DNA of 64,000 nucleotides, from assembly GCA_001627865.1 (NCBI GenBank), contig LUQO01000038.1, positions 10,941 to 74,940 on the forward strand, given 5' to 3'. A program made the position numbers and the translations under genes. The number at the start of each line of letters is the position of its first letter. Within the stretch, counting starts at the first letter, position 1. The DNA is from SAR324 cluster bacterium REDSEA-S27_B3. Its GTDB lineage: Bacteria > SAR324 > NAC60-12. The notes below the pieces were generated by a model, which saw only the letters and a list, made by a program, of their open reading frames with translations, searched no databases and was not told the DNA's origin. This document shows positions 61,285-64,000 of this stretch, one piece after another.

Positions 61285-62967
61285 TTATGCGGGAATCTTT
61301 TTTTCACTTTTTAACCTAAATTCTTTCTGAATATATTTGAAAGAATCTATTTGATTTTGATATGGTGTGTAATAAATATTCAAATTTCCACGGTCAGTAT
61401 CTTCCCAGAATTTTGGTCCTGAATTAGCAAGTCTGGAGAGAATTGCATTCATAGTTTTGTCAAATAATGAATCCCCCAACAGCTTGATGTCATGAATGGT
61501 ATCTTCTGCAATTGCATCAGCAAACTCTTCTTCTTTCTGTTCAAGATAGAATAAGGCCAGACCGATATGTAAAATTCTGATTCCATGATTCTGGCTGAAG
61601 TAATTTTTTGCAAAATCCTTGTCCATATCCTGAAAATTGTCAAACATAAGAAACTTTTGCAGCAGCTCCTGCTGTATTTCTCTATCCCAGTTATTTTGAT
61701 AGATATTTATCAATAGTTTCTGCATTTCCACTGCAAGAACATCAAGGATAAATGCTAATGAAGAAGCGCTTGGAATTGCGTTAAAACACTGCTGTCCATA
61801 AAAAACAAAGTAACCTATACAAGTCTTAATTCTTTCCACCTGCTGATGCTCTGCCAAGTGTCCCAGAAACAGTCCATAATGAAAAACAAGATTATATAAA
61901 TTACGGGGCTCATTGTGTAGTTGTCCATGTTTCAAAGCAAATCTAAAGTATGTATTCATGCGCACAATGATAACTTCAATTAAATCATAATCATTGCATG
62001 CTAACGCAGTTTTCCCAACCTTATTCAACTGTTCAACACACAAGGTGGAAAGATCATATTCTCCTGTCTCCAGAAAGACATTGTAGGCATTGCTGAATAG
62101 TCGAAAACTCTTTTGTTCATAGAAGGTGTGTGTTTTTTCCACTTCACTCATCAGGCTTTTCATTGTTCGGAATGAAATATCTTCTTCAATTCGTTTGTCA
62201 ATTTTATACAGTGTCTCAGAGAATTTAGGTTTTAATTCAACATAATGCTGAAGCAATTGCCCAATACCTTCAATAACATGTGCCTTAGGTTCTTTATAGG
62301 GAACATAAACCAGCAAATCTATCAATTGATTTAGTTCTTCAAATAACTTGAATTGAATTTTCGCATGCTCTCTTTTTGAGATGATCGTGGAGGGACCTCT
62401 CTTTGCCAATCCATTAAATGTGTGATAGCCTCCCTGCAGTAAATTTTCGATTACATTGCTGGTTTTGGTTGATCTGAGAATGGACAAAATAAATGGAAAG
62501 CCGATCACAAGTGAAACAGCAAGCAGCACATGGAAATTGAAAATGAGGCTGGAAATTATATTAACATCGGCTTCTGCAAGCACCTTGATTGTCAGGGAAT
62601 GTACAAGGCAAGCGGCTGACCACCAGACGAATAACAGGCTCGGCCAGTGATCCATGTATAAATCGATCAGCTTGGGTACATTTTGGGCAGCAAAAGTGAT
62701 TACGATTGTCAGACTGCCGAGAACGATGGCAAAGAATGCAAGCCAGACAATCGGAGCGAAACCGACGTCAAGCTCCTGCCAAACAGGCTTTGCGCCCATT
62801 GAATGAAGATACTCGGAATATACAGGGAATATGAATGCGCGGAACAGATAATCACCCAGCCCCATTCCGGAAAAAACTATTAGAGCCGCGTGATGTGAAC
62901 GGGAACGAGTCAGCAACGCGTAAAGAATACGCTTGAAGCCCAGCATTAAATTGACTGTTTCCCGCAT
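61285..62967 (-). CDS. hypothetical membrane protein (N-terminal about 5 TM + large alpha-helical soluble domain)
   Basis: 560-aa ORF. Hydrophobic N-terminal third and helical remainder with no catalytic motif I recognise. Possibly DUF2254-like. Confidence 0.6.
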   Translation of the reverse strand: MRETVNLMLGFKRILYALLTRSRSHHAALIVFSGMGLGDYLFRAFIFPVYSEYLHSMGAKPVWQELDVGFAPIVWLAFFAIVLGSLTIVITFAAQNVPKLIDLYMDHWPSLLFVWWSAACLVHSLTIKVLAEADVNIISSLIFNFHVLLAVSLVIGFPFILSILRSTKTSNVIENLLQGGYHTFNGLAKRGPSTIISKREHAKIQFKLFEELNQLIDLLVYVPYKEPKAHVIEGIGQLLQHYVELKPKFSETLYKIDKRIEEDISFRTMKSLMSEVEKTHTFYEQKSFRLFSNAYNVFLETGEYDLSTLCVEQLNKVGKTALACNDYDLIEVIIVRMNTYFRFALKHGQLHNEPRNLYNLVFHYGLFLGHLAEHQQVERIKTCIGYFVFYGQQCFNAIPSASSLAFILDVLAVEMQKLLINIYQNNWDREIQQELLQKFLMFDNFQDMDKDFAKNYFSQNHGIRILHIGLALFYLEQKEEEFADAIAEDTIHDIKLLGDSLFDKTMNAILSRLANSGPKFWEDTDRGNLNIYYTPYQNQIDSFKYIQKEFRLKSEKKIPA

Positions 62968-63023
62968 AACACTTTTTCAGGGTGACTCAGAGTGCAGGAT
63001 ACCAATACACCAAAAGTTCGGTT

Positions 63024-63269
63024 TTATTCCAGATCGTTTTCGTTTTCTGAATTATCTGTGAAAGAACTTCTCATCTTCAGTCTTCCTTCGTTATTCTCCA
63101 GGATAGCCTGAAAGGTAGGTTTGTGTTTAAGGTTGGCTCTGGCTGATTCCTCAAGACTGTACAATGATTTTGCGCGCTTAGTCATGATAAGAACTTTTTC
63201 AAACAGATTTACATCGCTGTTATTTCGATGTTCTTCAACAAGTTTTAGATATCCTTCTTTCATTTTCAA
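63024..63269 (-). CDS. rpoZ: DNA-directed RNA polymerase omega subunit-like protein
   Basis: ..NLFEKVLIMTKRAKSL.....K.TFQAILENNEGRL.. parallels the E. coli RpoZ core NRFDLVLVAARRARQM....K.TVIALREIEEGL. 81 aa. Confidence 0.55.
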   Translation of the reverse strand: MKMKEGYLKLVEEHRNNSDVNLFEKVLIMTKRAKSLYSLEESARANLKHKPTFQAILENNEGRLKMRSSFTDNSENENDLE

Positions 63270-63348
63270 CTTTTTATAATTGGTTTAACTGACAACTTTA
63301 CATGAAAGCATCAGTGTTAGTTAAGAACACATTTGCTTCATTTTTGTA

Positions 63349-64000
63349 TTATAGCGTAAGCAGCAATATTTCGCTTTCCTGCAGAAAAACTGAATCAGGT
63401 ACTGTTTCAATCAGTTTCTCAAGCAATTTTTTAGCCTTTTCAATTTCTCCTTTGTCAATTGCGATTCTGGCAAGAGCGCGTAACCGCACATCATTCCAGG
63501 ACGCAAAGTCAATTGATTCCAGTATCATCTCCGCGTCATCCCATTGTTTTTGCTGTTCATAAAGTGCCGCTAAACTTAGGCGGGCGGAATTTCGCAGAAA
63601 AATTGTTGCCTCCGGATGTTCGATAACATCCTGAAAAACAGCAATTGACTGATCATATTGTAACTGACGCGCATAAGCTTCTCCGGATTCCATCAGCGCG
63701 AGAACACTCAAAGCACTGCCTGATTCGGACCTGGCAAATTCCTGTAAAGCTGTAATTCCCTGACTCAATCGTTCTTTCTGCGAAAGTGCAGGATTGCTGA
63801 GCTTTGACCGTGCAATGTGAAAAAGATTTGCCTGATTGATTCGTTCACTTTCAACATATTTCCAGCCCCCCAGAATTCCCAGAATTATTACTACCACAGC
63901 CAATGCTGCGCTGATATACAAGCGCTTGTTTCTATATGCATGATCAACAAACGCATACAGTTTTTTTTCCAATCGGTTTTGCTGCAAGAGTTCCTTGCGG
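63349..64000 (-). CDS. TPR-repeat membrane-anchored protein (YfgM-like); probably 5'-partial
   Basis: One TM (LYISAALAVVVIILGILGGW) followed by TPR-like helices. The frame stays open to the right edge of the window, so the true start may lie outside. Confidence 0.55.
   Translation of the reverse strand, partial: RKELLQQNRLEKKLYAFVDHAYRNKRLYISAALAVVVIILGILGGWKYVESERINQANLFHIARSKLSNPALSQKERLSQGITALQEFARSESGSALSVLALMESGEAYARQLQYDQSIAVFQDVIEHPEATIFLRNSARLSLAALYEQQKQWDDAEMILESIDFASWNDVRLRALARIAIDKGEIEKAKKLLEKLIETVPDSVFLQESEILLLTL

Overview
Dense, mostly housekeeping chromosomal window from an AT-leaning (by eye, not computed) diderm bacterium; BamA, LolD, KdsB and TatB are present. The lineage cannot be named from sequence alone; an uncultured marine deltaproteobacterium-like or Nitrospinota-like organism is only a guess. 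I support about 55 protein genes on both strands and one tRNA-Ser(GGA). I saw no rRNA, CRISPR array, transposase, integrase or phage genes. Core genes include gltX, rodA, guaA, tatB, kdsB, prfB (with the classical +1 frameshift), yajQ, hflX, murA, hisA-hisF, nnr, engB, ndk, hisH-hisB, bamA, lolD, pyrC, hemB and rpoZ.

I did not find a convincing self-contained novel system such as a defence island. The most interesting points are:
1. An amine/polyamine catabolic locus at 29.8-35.2 kb. It combines a SpuC-like transaminase, a trimethylamine/histamine-dehydrogenase-family flavoprotein whose aromatic-bowl positions appear acidic, and a PuuA/PauA-like glutamine-synthetase homologue. The last two diverge across a 564-bp AT-rich regulatory region.
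2. Three sigma-54-type -24/-12 promoter candidates, two of them near-identical, in front of a bactofilin gene, the GS-like gene and a lipoprotein-deacylase-patatin operon.
3. A secreted/lipoprotein hydrolase cluster at 37-46 kb next to tRNA-Ser. It includes an M6-like protease whose usual N-terminal module seems to be a separate downstream ORF, and a MORN-repeat protein fused to a peptidase-MA-like domain.
4. A disrupted proA (internal deletion plus frame change).
5. Predicted enzyme variants: MurA with Asp in place of the fosfomycin-target Cys, an Asp-rich non-zinc HemB, and a long-form GuaA.

All family assignments come from motif recognition by eye; no database searches were run.
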